Of a DNA stretch of 60,846 nucleotides, positions 1-9,654 are shown piece after piece. The stretch spans positions 1-60,846 of the forward strand of contig CAZTXA010000001.1 of assembly GCA_964617945.1 (NCBI GenBank). The letters run 5' to 3'. Below the pieces are notes generated by a model. It saw only the letters and a list, made by a program, of their open reading frames with translations. It had not been told where the DNA came from and made no database searches. Within the stretch, counting starts at the first letter, position 1. The number at the start of each line of letters is the position of its first letter. This stretch comes from an uncultured archaeon. GTDB taxonomy: Archaea; Nanohalarchaeota; Nanosalinia; Nanosalinales; Nanohalalkaliarchaeaceae. A program made the translations under genes and the position numbers.

Positions 1-248
1 ATTTCGAGATACCGCACGTCGACGACCTGTCAGACGTCCTCGCCGCGCTCACCACCAAGTACGACAAAGTGTTCTTCGTCTCCGACGTCCCTGCGGAACT
101 GGCCACCGCCAACCAGTCCGGCGCGTTCACCGTCGGCCTTACATCCGAGGAGAACGATGCCCAGCAGCTCAGCGGCATCGGCCCGAACTACGTGGTAGAC
201 ACGTTCAACGAGCTGGAAGAAGTCCTGCGGCTGGAAGGGATCACGTAA
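1..248 (+). CDS. HAD-superfamily hydrolase, C-terminal fragment (5' end lies outside the window)
   Basis: The frame is open from the window edge (codons from nt 3) to TAA 246-248. It reads ...KVFFVSDVPAELATANQSGAFTVGLTSEENDAQQLSGIGPNYVVDTFNELEEVLRLEGIT, which resembles the motif IV/tail region of HAD phosphatases. It is absent from the ORF track because it has no start codon. Confidence 0.5.
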   Translation, partial: FEIPHVDDLSDVLAALTTKYDKVFFVSDVPAELATANQSGAFTVGLTSEENDAQQLSGIGPNYVVDTFNELEEVLRLEGIT

Positions 249-1121
249 CTACTGGTTCTGCTCCCGGATGTGGTGGAACATGTACTGCTGCGCGTACCCC
301 GCGTAGTCGCCGAAGTAGTCGCGCAGGTTGTCCGCCGTCTCGTGGTAGTCCTCGTGGTGGTGGTCGGGGTAGTGCTCCTCGATCGCACTCCACGACCACG
401 TGTCCAGCGGGAACGCCTCCAGGTAGCCCAGCGAGAATAACAGCACGCAGTCCGCGACCTTGTCCCCGACCCCGTTAATCTTCTGGATCTCCTCGTGCGC
501 TCCCTTGTACCCCATCTCCTGCAGCTCCTCCTCCTTCACCTTCCCCTTGATCAGGTGCCGGATTGCGCTCTTCACGTACTTCGCGCGGTACCCGAGCCCC
601 ATCCGCCGCAGTTCACGTTCCGACACGTCGGACAGTTCGTAGAGCGAGGGGAACTGTTTGAAGGTCCGATCCCCGTATTCTATCGTGGTGCCGTACTTGT
701 CTGTGATCGCGTCGAACATCTCCTTGATCCGCGGGATCTCCATCTGCGGCGAGCACAGGTATGAGATCAGCGTTGGAACGAAGTCGTCGTTCACCAGGCG
801 CAGCCCGCGGTGCCGCTCCGTCGCCTCCTCCATCAACTCGTCCTTCCGGATCTGTTCCAGGACTGAGTCAAGGTCCTCGTGCAGCCGGAGAAAGCTCTCC
901 ACGTCCCGTGAAATCTCCCCCGACATCTCGTAGTGGAGTTCGTCATCCTCCTGCCACAGCATCACGACCTCGCCGTCAACCGTCGTATAGTACTTCTCGT
1001 CGGGCGAGGACTCTTCGAAGAACGGTTCGCCGGAGACCTTGTGCCAGCAGAAGGTTTGCCCGCACTGCATCGTCGTATGGAGATCAAGTTCGTCGCCCTC
1101 GAGATCGATAACGCCCTGCAT
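249..1121 (-). CDS. ogg: 8-oxoguanine DNA glycosylase/AP lyase (Ogg1-type, HhH-GPD)
   Basis: N-terminal OGG_N-like CGQTFCW motif. HhH-GPD signature INGVGDKVADCVLLF, with a Lys matching the catalytic Lys of GVGTKVADC in hOGG1, and a downstream PLDTW Asp. Confidence 0.85.
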   Translation of the reverse strand: MQGVIDLEGDELDLHTTMQCGQTFCWHKVSGEPFFEESSPDEKYYTTVDGEVVMLWQEDDELHYEMSGEISRDVESFLRLHEDLDSVLEQIRKDELMEEATERHRGLRLVNDDFVPTLISYLCSPQMEIPRIKEMFDAITDKYGTTIEYGDRTFKQFPSLYELSDVSERELRRMGLGYRAKYVKSAIRHLIKGKVKEEELQEMGYKGAHEEIQKINGVGDKVADCVLLFSLGYLEAFPLDTWSWSAIEEHYPDHHHEDYHETADNLRDYFGDYAGYAQQYMFHHIREQNQ

Positions 1122-1186
1122 CGCTTGTCCTACACCCTGACTCTGAACTTCAAAAGGTTACCCTCGTGCAGTAACCACCGCCCTGG

Positions 1187-1369
1187 TTACCCTTCCCCAT
1201 CTTTCGTGTACGTGAAGAACCCTTCCTCTCCATCCTCCCCCGGTTTCTTCTCCACGGTCTTGGCGGTCCGCCGCTTGTAGCTGCGACCACACCGGTGGCA
1301 CTTGATCCTGTCCACCGCCTCACTCTTCTGCTTGAACCCGCAGTCCGGACACTGGTAGTACACCGCCAT
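1187..1369 (-). CDS. small zinc-ribbon protein (DUF1922-like)
   Basis: 60 aa with CPDC...CHRC four-Cys ribbon and an acidic tail. GC3-rich codons. Confidence 0.55.
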   Translation of the reverse strand: MAVYYQCPDCGFKQKSEAVDRIKCHRCGRSYKRRTAKTVEKKPGEDGEEGFFTYTKDGEG

Positions 1370-1404
1370 CGATTATATCTTCCGCGTCAAGCATCTTAAA
1401 TCCG

Positions 1405-4086
1405 CTACGCCGCCGCACCCTGCCGCGGCCGGAACACCCGGTCCTCGACGAGGGTGAAGGCGACAAGCAGCGCGATGAACGCGACGAGCGACACCCCGAT
1501 CAGCGTCCACTGGTCGATACCGAGCGCGACAACCTTGAACAATCCGTTCAGCGGCGTGTACAGCACCAGTCCCTGCAGGACGAGCGACGCGGCGATAGCG
1601 ATCCACAGCCACTTGTTCGACAGTATCCCTGAGCCGTACTGGTAGCGGATGGTCTGGATGCCGAACATCTCGAACACCACCAACGCGGTGAACGCCACCG
1701 TCTGCGCCACCTGCAGCTCCGGCAGCTGCAGGAAGAAGATGGGGAGGATCACAAGGGTCATGAACGAGCCGATACCGAGGATCGTCGCCATCATCCGTTT
1801 ATCGATGACCTGCTCGTCCTCGCCGCGTGGCGGCCGCTCCATGATGTCATCCACCCGCGGGTCCGCGCCCACCGCGAGCGCGGGCAGCCCGTCCGTCACA
1901 AGGTTGATCCACAGCAGCATCACCGGCGTGAGGATGAGCGCTTTGCCGCCGGACTGGAAGATATCCGGGAAGAACAGGCTGCCGATCAGGATGCCGAAGA
2001 ACACGAGCAGTACCTCGCCCGCGTTGTACGACAGCAGGTAGGAGACGAACTTCCGGATGTTGTCGAAGATGCCGCGGCCCTCCGCGATCGCGTCCCGGAT
2101 CGTGACGAAGTTATCGTCCCGCAGGATCATATCCGACGCCTGCTGCGCCACGTCCGTCCCCCGGATGCCCATCGAGATACCGACGTCCGCGTTCTTCAAT
2201 GCCGGGGCGTCGTTCACCCCGTCCCCGGTCATCGCCACGCTGTGCCCGTTCGCCTGCAACGCCTCGAGGATACGGACCTTGTGCGACGGCGACACCCTGG
2301 CAAATATTTCCGTCTCCTCCACCGCCGCCTGCAACTCCTCGTCACTCATCGCTTCAACGTCGGCCCCGGTCAGCGCTCCCGACGGGTCGAACCCGACCTG
2401 TTCCCCGACCGCCTTCGCCGTCTCGACGTTGTCCCCGGTCGCCATCACGACACGGATCCCCGCCGCCCTGCAGTCCGCCACCGCCTCCTTCACCTCGTCC
2501 CGTGGCGGGTCGATCATCCCTTGTAGCCCGAGGAACACCATGCCGGACTCGATATCGTCCGCGTCCGCCTCTGGATCGTCGACCGCCTTCCGTGCAAACC
2601 CGAGGACGCGGAGCGCGTCACCCGCGTAGTCGTGCGTGGTCTGGATAAGCTCCTCACGCTTCTCCTCCGTCAGTTCCTGCTCCTCGCCGTCGACGAGGAT
2701 GCGGTCACACCGCTCCAGCACGGTTGCCGGTGCTCCCTTCATGAACGCCGTCGTACCATCAACGTCGTTGACAGTGGTCATCCGCTTCCGGTCGGAGGAG
2801 AACGGGATCTCCCTGAGGCGTTCAGCGCCGCCCTCGATGCCGGCCTTCGCTGCCGCGATCTGGATCGCCACTTCCGTCGGGTCGCCGTGGAACTCCCCGT
2901 CCCGCTCCTCGACGTTGTTGCACAGCGCGCCGCACCGCAGCAACGGTTCCAGCCGCTCCGGGTCGACCTCCGCTCCGCCCTGTTCGAACGTTCCCTCGAC
3001 CTCAGCGCCGCCGGTGACCTCGAACGTAGCGTTATCGAACCAGCACCGTGTCACCGTCATCCGGTCCTCCGTCAGCGTCCCTGTCTTGTCGGTGGCGATG
3101 ACATCGACCCCGCCGAGCTCCTCCACGACCGGGAGCCGCCGCACCAGCGCATCCTTCTCCACCATCTTCTTCGAGCCCAGCGCCAGTGTCAATGTGACGA
3201 CCGCGGGCAGTCCTTCCGGCACCGCGGCCACCGCCAGCGTGATGGCGACCAGCAGTGTAGACACCCACGAGGCACTGGTGAAGAAGAACTGGACCGCGGC
3301 GATGACCGCGATGAGGGCGATGATGCCGTACCCGATCTGCTTTCCAAGGTGGTCGACCTCCTCCTGGAACGGGGTCTTCCCCTCGTCCGCCTCACTGATC
3401 TGCTCCGCGATATCCCCGACCTCTGTATCCATCCCGGTCTCCACCACCACCGCCGTCCCACGGCCCTTGACCGCGGTCGTGTTCATGTACACCATACTGG
3501 ACCGTTCCGCGATCGGGGTGTCCCCGTCGACGGTACCGGGTTCCTTTGCGACCTGCGAGCTCTCCCCCGTCAACGCTGACTCGTCTGTCTCCAGGTTCGC
3601 ACTCTCCAGTACCCGGGCGTCGGCCGGGATGGCATCCCCCTGGTCGATGACAAGGATGTCGCCAGGGACGACCTCCGCCGCGTCCACCTGCACCTTCTCC
3701 CCGTCCCGCAGCACTGTCGCGTCGGGCGAGGACAGGTCTTTCAGTGCGGCGATCGCTTTCTCCGCCTTGTAGTCCTGGATGAACCCGAACACGCCGTTCC
3801 CGAACAGGATGAGGAAGATGAGCGCAGCGTCAACATACTCCGGTTCATGCCCCGGGAACAGGCCGACCGCGAGCGACACGATGGCCGCCAGGATGAGCAG
3901 GTAGATGAGGAAGTCGTGGAACTGGGAGAGGAACAGCCGGACCGGTGAGACCTCGTCCTCCTCTTCCAGCTCGTTCCGACCGTACCGTTCCAGCCGCGCC
4001 TCCGCCTCCGCAGCTGACAGCCCGTCCGCGTCTGCATCCAGCTCGTCAAATACGGCGTCCTCCTCGGCCGCATGCCACTCCGTCAT
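1405..4086 (-). CDS. P-type cation-transporting ATPase, P2 (Ca2+/cation) type
   Basis: Motifs [28 protein letters not shown] and [22 protein letters not shown], plus an N-terminal [20 protein letters not shown] moved the start to ATG 4086 ([10 protein letters not shown]...). The 43 upstream codons of the track ORF are R/P-rich and run into the HD gene. A TATA-like ATAAAT lies about 25-30 nt upstream. Confidence 0.9.
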   Translation of the reverse strand: MTEWHAAEEDAVFDELDADADGLSAAEAEARLERYGRNELEEEDEVSPVRLFLSQFHDFLIYLLILAAIVSLAVGLFPGHEPEYVDAALIFLILFGNGVFGFIQDYKAEKAIAALKDLSSPDATVLRDGEKVQVDAAEVVPGDILVIDQGDAIPADARVLESANLETDESALTGESSQVAKEPGTVDGDTPIAERSSMVYMNTTAVKGRGTAVVVETGMDTEVGDIAEQISEADEGKTPFQEEVDHLGKQIGYGIIALIAVIAAVQFFFTSASWVSTLLVAITLAVAAVPEGLPAVVTLTLALGSKKMVEKDALVRRLPVVEELGGVDVIATDKTGTLTEDRMTVTRCWFDNATFEVTGGAEVEGTFEQGGAEVDPERLEPLLRCGALCNNVEERDGEFHGDPTEVAIQIAAAKAGIEGGAERLREIPFSSDRKRMTTVNDVDGTTAFMKGAPATVLERCDRILVDGEEQELTEEKREELIQTTHDYAGDALRVLGFARKAVDDPEADADDIESGMVFLGLQGMIDPPRDEVKEAVADCRAAGIRVVMATGDNVETAKAVGEQVGFDPSGALTGADVEAMSDEELQAAVEETEIFARVSPSHKVRILEALQANGHSVAMTGDGVNDAPALKNADVGISMGIRGTDVAQQASDMILRDDNFVTIRDAIAEGRGIFDNIRKFVSYLLSYNAGEVLLVFFGILIGSLFFPDIFQSGGKALILTPVMLLWINLVTDGLPALAVGADPRVDDIMERPPRGEDEQVIDKRMMATILGIGSFMTLVILPIFFLQLPELQVAQTVAFTALVVFEMFGIQTIRYQYGSGILSNKWLWIAIAASLVLQGLVLYTPLNGLFKVVALGIDQWTLIGVSLVAFIALLVAFTLVEDRVFRPRQGAAA

Positions 4087-4115
4087 ACCAATCCCTTGTC
4101 CAATCCCCCTATTTA

Positions 4116-5081
4116 TCAGTGGCGTACGATACGGAGCGGGACGCCGCCTGCAATGTCTTCCCGGTGTTCCGCGATGCGTCGCCGGACGGCGTCCGAGTAC
4201 TCGGTCACACGGCACCGCTCCCCGTCCTCGACCACCAGTGGGTCCACGGCCCGCGGCTTCGTCTCCCCCACCAGGTCGGGGTCCTCCGCGTCGATCTCGA
4301 CAGTGAACCCGTCGTCGAACAGCTCCAGCACCTCTCCAACCCGCTCCACGTCAGACTGCCGCAGCTGCTGCAGCACCTCCCTGTCGGTCCCGAACAGGTC
4401 GTCCTCCGACAGTTCACCTGCGTCCAGTGCGGCCCGGATGGCGTCCGCGAACAGTTCGAAGACTGCGATTTCCCGCGGGTTCGCCCACCACCGCTCGTCC
4501 GCCTCGATGTACCGTAACGCGTATTCCTCCGCGGTGTCCCTGTCGGTCAATACAAACCTGTCGTCGTGGACGGCCAGTGCGTCGATAAACTGCTCAAGCC
4601 GTTCCCCGGTGTTCCCGTGCCAGTCCCGCAGGAAATAGTCGATACGGTCCGCGCACAGGTCTGGCAGGTCGCGCTCCAGCAACGGGAACGCCGACTCGTC
4701 CAGGATCTCCTCCAGCCCGAATCCGTGCCCCTCCAGGATATCAGGGATCTCTGACCCCCTGATAACCTCCTCCATGAACCGTTCATGGTATTCGTGGTCT
4801 TCATCGTCGAATACGAAGTCCGCGACGTGGGAGAACGCGGTGTGCGGGACGTCGTGCAGCAGGCCGGCGACCTGTTCCCGGAGCGGCGCGTCGAACCGTT
4901 GCAGCAGGAGCATGACCCCGATCGAGTGGTCGTACCGCGTCACCGGTTTCTCATCGATCAGGGAGACGGGGCCGGCCTGGTTCACGTGCCGCAGCCGCTG
5001 CACAGGACTGGAGCGGATCAGGTCAGTGAGGACAGGACTGTCTACCGTCACCGGTCCGTACACAGGATCATCGATCTCCAC
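4116..5081 (-). CDS. HD-domain metal-dependent phosphohydrolase
   Basis: RYDHSIGVMLL ... GLLHDVPHTAFSHVADF (H...HD...D pattern). I set the start at in-frame GTG 5081 (VEIDDPVYGPVTV), 4 nt after the upstream gene's stop. The upstream 52 codons of the track ORF are R/S/T-rich and overlap the 5086-5721 CDS. Confidence 0.75.
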   Translation of the reverse strand: MEIDDPVYGPVTVDSPVLTDLIRSSPVQRLRHVNQAGPVSLIDEKPVTRYDHSIGVMLLLQRFDAPLREQVAGLLHDVPHTAFSHVADFVFDDEDHEYHERFMEEVIRGSEIPDILEGHGFGLEEILDESAFPLLERDLPDLCADRIDYFLRDWHGNTGERLEQFIDALAVHDDRFVLTDRDTAEEYALRYIEADERWWANPREIAVFELFADAIRAALDAGELSEDDLFGTDREVLQQLRQSDVERVGEVLELFDDGFTVEIDAEDPDLVGETKPRAVDPLVVEDGERCRVTEYSDAVRRRIAEHREDIAGGVPLRIVRH

Positions 5082-5085
5082 GGTC

Positions 5086-5721
5086 TCACCCGACCACGCA
5101 CTGGATCGGCTGGTCCTGCAACGCGTCACAGATGAACGATCCGAGCTCGTCGCGGTCCACGGTTTCAAGCCGGAGCGGGCCGCGCTGGAACCCTGTCGCG
5201 GCGACCCTGTCGTCCATGTCCGGGTACGGCGCCACATACACCCACGTCCTGTCCGAGTTGTACGTCGAGGCGATGTCTGACAATGCTGCGACAGTGTCCG
5301 GGCAGTCGCTGCAGCTGTACTGCAGCAGCACGGACTGCTGCGTCAACAGGTACAGCTGGACATCCTCGGACAGCGGGGTATCCGAAACAGCGCTGGCCGG
5401 TAGATCAGCCTCGCTTACCCGTGGGATGTCGCCTTGAGACTGGATGGTGTATCCGACCGGCGGCGACGGCTCCCTGGACGACGCCCCGCCGGACCCGCCC
5501 GGACTGCCAGGGGAGAGGGAGGAGGCGAAGAACACTGTTCCCATGAACAGGGTCGCCATCAGGAACACCCCGCCGAGCACGGCGAACTGTTTCAACGTGA
5601 GGTCCGGGACCGTGAACTGCAGGCCCTGGAGACGGCTGCGGTCACTGTCATGTTCGTGCTCGTCCCGCGCCTCCTTGCTCTTGAATACTTCGCCGCACGC
5701 GTCACAGACGTACCGGGGCAT
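5086..5721 (-). CDS. membrane protein: N-terminal C2H2-like zinc knuckle, one TM helix, extracytoplasmic DUF3105-like domain
   Basis: Start ATG 5721 (MPRYVCDACGEVFKSKEARDEHEH). TM helix FAVLGGVFLMATLFMGTVFFA. The C-terminal part (LLQYSCSDCPDTVAALSDIAS...WVYVAPYPDMDDRVAATGF...DRDELGSFI) resembles DUF3105. The family assignment is tentative. Confidence 0.6.
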   Translation of the reverse strand: MPRYVCDACGEVFKSKEARDEHEHDSDRSRLQGLQFTVPDLTLKQFAVLGGVFLMATLFMGTVFFASSLSPGSPGGSGGASSREPSPPVGYTIQSQGDIPRVSEADLPASAVSDTPLSEDVQLYLLTQQSVLLQYSCSDCPDTVAALSDIASTYNSDRTWVYVAPYPDMDDRVAATGFQRGPLRLETVDRDELGSFICDALQDQPIQCVVG

Positions 5722-5746
5722 GATAGGGACTGCGGGCTGCAATTCA

Positions 5747-5753
5747 TTTATAT
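5747..5753. promoter_or_regulatory. single TATA element (TTTATAT) shared by the divergent genes starting at 5721(-) and 5777(+)
   Basis: This is the only A/T-rich element in the 55-nt spacer. It lies about 26 nt from each start codon. Confidence 0.45.
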
Positions 5754-5776
5754 TCGTCGCAGCCCGCACGCATGTT

Positions 5777-6298
5777 ATGCAGAACGAGTACGTGGCGGCC
5801 GGTGCCGCCGCAGTCATCGTCGCGGTTGCAGCCGGGATTCTTGTCGGAGAAGTTATCGTGGACCGGCAGGCATCGACCCGCGACGCCATCGGCCAGCCCG
5901 GTTCCACCCATCTTCATGCCAGCTTCGCCGTCACCGTCAACGGTTCGGAGAAGGGGCTGGGCGGGCCGTACATCGAGCGCGCTGCACGGGCGCACCTCCA
6001 CGACACAGATAACGTGCTGCACGTCCATGCCGAGAACGTCGATCTTGACTATGCGCTCCGCACCCTCGCCATCGGCGTCAACCAGTCATGCCTCCAGTTC
6101 ACCCCGGAGAACGAGACCGTGTGCGGCGGGCAGGCCGGCATACGGGTGAACGGGGAGCAGGTGGCGGTCGAGGACGCGCTGGACAGGGATATCAGGCAGG
6201 GAGACAGCATCGTCGTCTGGGTCGGTGACCCGCCGGAGGGCCTGGACCTGGAACTGCCGCCCGCGTACCAGGAATCCGTGCCGGGGCAGAGCGTGTAA
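5777..6298 (+). CDS. membrane-anchored extracytoplasmic His-rich domain protein (paralogue 1 of 3, uncharacterised family)
   Basis: Start ATG 5777 (MQNEYVAAGAAAVIVAVAAGILV, a TM helix). GSTHLHASFAVTVNG...AHLHD...LHVHAENV...GVNQSCL...C...IRVNGEQV...IRQGDSIVVWVGD aligns with the CDSs at 10230 and 10941. Confidence 0.65.
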   Translation: MQNEYVAAGAAAVIVAVAAGILVGEVIVDRQASTRDAIGQPGSTHLHASFAVTVNGSEKGLGGPYIERAARAHLHDTDNVLHVHAENVDLDYALRTLAIGVNQSCLQFTPENETVCGGQAGIRVNGEQVAVEDALDRDIRQGDSIVVWVGDPPEGLDLELPPAYQESVPGQSV

Positions 6299-6300
6299 CC

Positions 6301-6951
6301 ATGGATACGGAAGCGGTCATATTCGACAACGACGGCGTGATAGTGGATTCCGAACAGTACTGGCGCCAGGTCGCGGTCGACCTGTTCCAGGACGCGACCG
6401 CTGAAGAGATCGATCCCACGGACGCGCTGGAGGACGCCCTCGGGATGAACTACCGCGACATCTACGACCTCTTGGCGGACCGGTACACTGTAACGATGGA
6501 CAAGGAAACATTTCTGCAGCGGTACGAAGATGCTGCCGAGCAGGTATACACGGAGAACGTTGAAATGATGGACGGATTCCACGAGCTGCTGGATACGGTG
6601 CGGGAACACGGATGCAACGTGGCGATCGCGTCGTCATCGCCGCGGCGCTGGCTGGACATGGTGGTGGACCGGTTCGACCTGGAGGTCGACGAGGTCGTGA
6701 GCGCGGACGCGTTGAAGCAGGCCGGCGACATCGACGCCGGCAAGCCTGACCCCGGCGTGTACCAGGTGACTGCGCGGCGGCTCGGGGTCGACCCGGAACG
6801 GTGTCTCGTGGTCGAGGACTCGACAAACGGTATCCGGGCGGCGAACAGGGCGGGAATGGTCTGTATCGGGTACAGGAACGAGTCGGACGAGGCGGACGCG
6901 ACAGCGGCCACGCCACAGGAACTCCGCGAGGAAATCCTGGACCGGCTGTAG
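6301..6951 (+). CDS. HAD-IA family hydrolase (phosphatase/beta-phosphoglucomutase-like)
   Basis: Motif I FDNDGV, motif II IASSS, motif III KPDPGVY, motif IV VVEDSTNGIRAANRAGM. It starts 2 nt after the upstream stop. Confidence 0.85.
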   Translation: MDTEAVIFDNDGVIVDSEQYWRQVAVDLFQDATAEEIDPTDALEDALGMNYRDIYDLLADRYTVTMDKETFLQRYEDAAEQVYTENVEMMDGFHELLDTVREHGCNVAIASSSPRRWLDMVVDRFDLEVDEVVSADALKQAGDIDAGKPDPGVYQVTARRLGVDPERCLVVEDSTNGIRAANRAGMVCIGYRNESDEADATAATPQELREEILDRL

Positions 6952-6999
6952 GAGAAGGTTTTTAACTCCCGGCCCGAACAAGGTGTGCAGTGACAGCAC

Positions 7000-7617
7000 A
7001 TGGTTGACTATGAAGAGGTTGTTGAAGGAACTATCGACGAGGTCAAGGAACAGGTCCAGGACGACGACCTCGACCCGGAGAAGGTTCTGGAGGCAGAGCA
7101 GGCGAACAAGGACCGTGTAACACTTGTCGACTGGCTTGAAGAGCGTATCGACGAAGCGGAGGAAACCGGTACAGATACGACAGATGCGGCGCCGTCCGGC
7201 GATGCCGGTGAAGGATTGCCGGGCCGCATCATCCGGGGGGCGACCAGCCACCTCTTCATCATCGGCCTCATCATCGGGGTCGCGGTCGCACTCGCTGTCG
7301 GTCCGGCCGGCGGCGGGGCCGGGATGTCTGGGGCCGCTGTCGGCGATAGCGTGGAGACATACTTCTCACAGAACGCTGACGGTGTCCCGCTGGAAGGCGT
7401 CCAGGTGCAGCAGGTCCAGCGGCTGGAGGGTTCGGACCTGTACCAGCTGGACATGGTGCTGTCCGCACAGTTCCTGAACAGGACTGTCGAACAGAACCAG
7501 ACCGCGGTCGTCTCTGCAGACGGGCGGTACATCTTCCTCAGCCAGCCGATCGACACTGAACGGCCGCTCGCCGACCAGCTCGGCGGCGCCCAGCAGACAC
7601 AGCAACAGGAGCCATGA
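7000..7617 (+). CDS. membrane-anchored protein with an acidic cytoplasmic N-terminus and an extracytoplasmic DsbC/DsbG-N-terminal-like domain (tentative)
   Basis: TM helix HLFIIGLIIGVAVALAV. The C-terminal part (LYQLDMVL...VVSADGRYIFLSQPID) resembles the DsbC/G dimerisation-domain pattern (LY.v.....vyvs.DG.y.f). Its stop overlaps the next start (ATGA at 7614). Confidence 0.55.
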   Translation: MVDYEEVVEGTIDEVKEQVQDDDLDPEKVLEAEQANKDRVTLVDWLEERIDEAEETGTDTTDAAPSGDAGEGLPGRIIRGATSHLFIIGLIIGVAVALAVGPAGGGAGMSGAAVGDSVETYFSQNADGVPLEGVQVQQVQRLEGSDLYQLDMVLSAQFLNRTVEQNQTAVVSADGRYIFLSQPIDTERPLADQLGGAQQTQQQEP

Positions 7618-8009
7618 ACCAGAACGCAGTGATTGCCGTAGCCGCCGTCGTACTTGTAGGGGTCGGCGGATACGCACTGCTCGGTGGTGGCGGCGATGGT
7701 CCGACGGGCGATATCACAGAGGAGGACCTTAACGACTTCGCCCAGTGCCTGGCAGAGAATGACGCCACGTTCTACGGCGCCTACTGGTGTCCGCACTGCA
7801 ACCAGCAGAAGGCGGTGTTCGGTGACGCGATGCAGCACGTTGACTACGTGGAGTGTTCACCGGACGGGCAGGAGGCGCCGCGCGCCGAGATCTGCGACGA
7901 GAAACAGATTGAAAGTTATCCGACGTGGATTATCGACGGCGAACGGCACACCGGGGTCCAGAGTCTGCAGGAGCTGGCCGGGGCGACCGGGTGCGAACTC
8001 CCACGATAA
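7614..8009 (+). CDS. membrane-anchored thioredoxin-like protein of the VKOR-partner type
   Basis: N-terminal TM helix. ATFYGAYWCPHCNQQKAVFG...YVECSP...C...IESYPTWIIDG..H.G...LQELA matches the Trx-like domain that is fused to VKOR in cyanobacteria and plants. Confidence 0.8.
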   Translation: MNQNAVIAVAAVVLVGVGGYALLGGGGDGPTGDITEEDLNDFAQCLAENDATFYGAYWCPHCNQQKAVFGDAMQHVDYVECSPDGQEAPRAEICDEKQIESYPTWIIDGERHTGVQSLQELAGATGCELPR

Positions 8010-8042
8010 CCGTTTTATACAGCTGGAGAACGTGATAGTGTC

Positions 8043-8537
8043 ATGGAGCGGGACACAGTCCTCCGCATCATATTGGGATTGTCCATCGTCGGGCTGGGGG
8101 TCGCGGCGTACCAGACCTACGAGCACTACTTCCTTACGACTGGTATGTGTGACCTGTCATCAACGTTCTCCTGCTCTGTCGTGACAGAGTCACGCTTCGG
8201 CGAGTTCCCGCCGAACTCCGGGATTGCGACCGCGGCGTGGGGCATGGCGTGGTGGCTTGGTGTCGCCGCACTCTCCTACACCGAGGTGAAAGGCGGTGAA
8301 TGGCTAGAAAACCAGGAGTTCTACCTGTTCTCGTATATCGCGGGCGGGATGGTGTTCGTGGTGTACCTCTTGGTGGTGGAGCTGTACATCCTTCCTGCAG
8401 AGACTGGCGCCCTGATCATCTGCCCATTCTGCACAGTCCAACACGTTATAATACTGGCACTCCTCCCGCTCTCCTACATCCGTCTGGCCAAACCGTTGAA
8501 AACATATATCGAAGACGTATTCTCCATGGAAGCGTGA
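8043..8537 (+). CDS. vitamin K epoxide reductase (VKOR) family membrane thiol oxidoreductase
   Basis: Four to five TM helices. Loop cysteines CDLSSTFSC and an in-membrane CxxC (IICPFCTVQH). TATA TTTTATA lies 24-30 nt upstream. Confidence 0.8.
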   Translation: MERDTVLRIILGLSIVGLGVAAYQTYEHYFLTTGMCDLSSTFSCSVVTESRFGEFPPNSGIATAAWGMAWWLGVAALSYTEVKGGEWLENQEFYLFSYIAGGMVFVVYLLVVELYILPAETGALIICPFCTVQHVIILALLPLSYIRLAKPLKTYIEDVFSMEA

Positions 8538-8608
8538 CCCGTGGCTGCGGTACCTGCTTGGGTAAACCATTTAACCGCAGGCTGTACAACAACGACCTGT
8601 GATACCTT

Positions 8609-8791
8609 ATGACCTTCCTAGGAACTGACGGCAAGTGCGACAACTGTGGCAAGGACCTCGACGACGTCGACGAACCAGTTACAAACAGCAACCATGAGTT
8701 CTGCGGTGTCGACTGCAAGGAAGAGTACCAGGCGGAACACGACCACGAGGATGACGGTGAAGAGGAGGCAGAGGTCTGCGAGTTCTGCTAG
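8609..8791 (+). CDS. small TRASH/zinc-ribbon-like metal-binding protein
   Basis: 60 aa with CDNC-x18-CGVDC (TRASH-like spacing), then a His/Asp/Glu-rich tail ending in CEFC. Confidence 0.5.
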   Translation: MTFLGTDGKCDNCGKDLDDVDEPVTNSNHEFCGVDCKEEYQAEHDHEDDGEEEAEVCEFC

Positions 8792-8835
8792 AACGCCGCA
8801 GGGTATATAAGAGTTCAAGTAGCCACGAAGAGACA

Positions 8836-9606
8836 ATGTCTGACGACAGTAGCGTTACACTGGAGTTCAAGACAACGCACGCCCTTTTCATGGCGTTCGT
8901 GGTCGGCGTGTTCGCCGGCGGGTTTCTCATGTCGGCAGTGACCACGGTCACAGGCCCGACAGGCGCTGCCGTCCAGGACGGACAGACCGCGCCGACACAG
9001 CCGACGGATACAGGTGACAGTCCCTCCCCGTCTGGCGATCAGGGCACTGAAACCGTCAGTATGGACCAGATAGAGCTGGAGGGAGAGCCGACCATGGGGA
9101 GCAGTGACGCGCCGGTCACCCTGGTGATGTATGAAGACTTCGAATGCCCGTTCTGCCAGCAGTTCGAGCAGAACGCGGTCCCCCAGATCGTAAGCAACTA
9201 TGTTGAATCCGGCGACGTCCGGCTGGTCTGGAAGGACTTCCCGCTGGCACAGCTCCACCCATGGGCGACACCGGCCGCGGAGGCGATGGAGTGCGTCTAC
9301 CGGCAGGACGAGGACGCGTTCTGGACGGTGAAGGACCGGATATTCGAGAACCAGAACACGCTGTCGACCAGCAATGTACAGGACCAGATCAAGTCCTGGG
9401 CCGCCGAGGAAGGCGTGTCTGAGAGCGCGGTCCAGTCGTGCATCGACAGCGGCGACGCCACACAGGAAGTCGAGGACGACCAGTCCGAGGGGCGCACCAT
9501 CGGCGTATCCGGCACACCGTCAGTGGTTGTGAACGGCGAGTTGATCGTCGGTGCACAGCCGTTCAGCCGGTTCGAATCAGCGATCGAATCGGCGCTTTCC
9601 GGATAG
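8836..9606 (+). CDS. DsbA/BdbD-family thiol:disulfide oxidoreductase, membrane-anchored
   Basis: TM helix. APVTLVMYEDFECPFCQQFEQ, WKDFPL, and the cis-Pro region GVSGTPSVVVNG. TATA TATATAA lies 26-32 nt upstream. Confidence 0.85.
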   Translation: MSDDSSVTLEFKTTHALFMAFVVGVFAGGFLMSAVTTVTGPTGAAVQDGQTAPTQPTDTGDSPSPSGDQGTETVSMDQIELEGEPTMGSSDAPVTLVMYEDFECPFCQQFEQNAVPQIVSNYVESGDVRLVWKDFPLAQLHPWATPAAEAMECVYRQDEDAFWTVKDRIFENQNTLSTSNVQDQIKSWAAEEGVSESAVQSCIDSGDATQEVEDDQSEGRTIGVSGTPSVVVNGELIVGAQPFSRFESAIESALSG

Positions 9607-9654
9607 TACCTGCAACATTTACATAGTTCTTCCAGCCACCTGTTTATACCCGAT

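Noticed and set aside
2636-3772. Long plus-strand ORFs (378 aa and 315 aa) overlapping the P-type ATPase gene
   Set aside because: They are antisense to a CDS with unmistakable P-type ATPase motifs. Their products are S/R/P/T-rich, unlike the acidic proteome. This is the usual high-GC antisense ORF artefact.
4087-4215. N-terminal extensions of the track ORFs, for example 1405-4215, 4116-5237, 5086-5907, 5444-6298, 14200-15024, 39818-40417, 41298-42035, 50809-51417 and 51008-53623
   Set aside because: The extensions are non-acidic, overlap neighbouring genes or the TATA boxes, and precede an internal ATG or GTG where the homologous protein N-terminus begins. The starts were trimmed accordingly.
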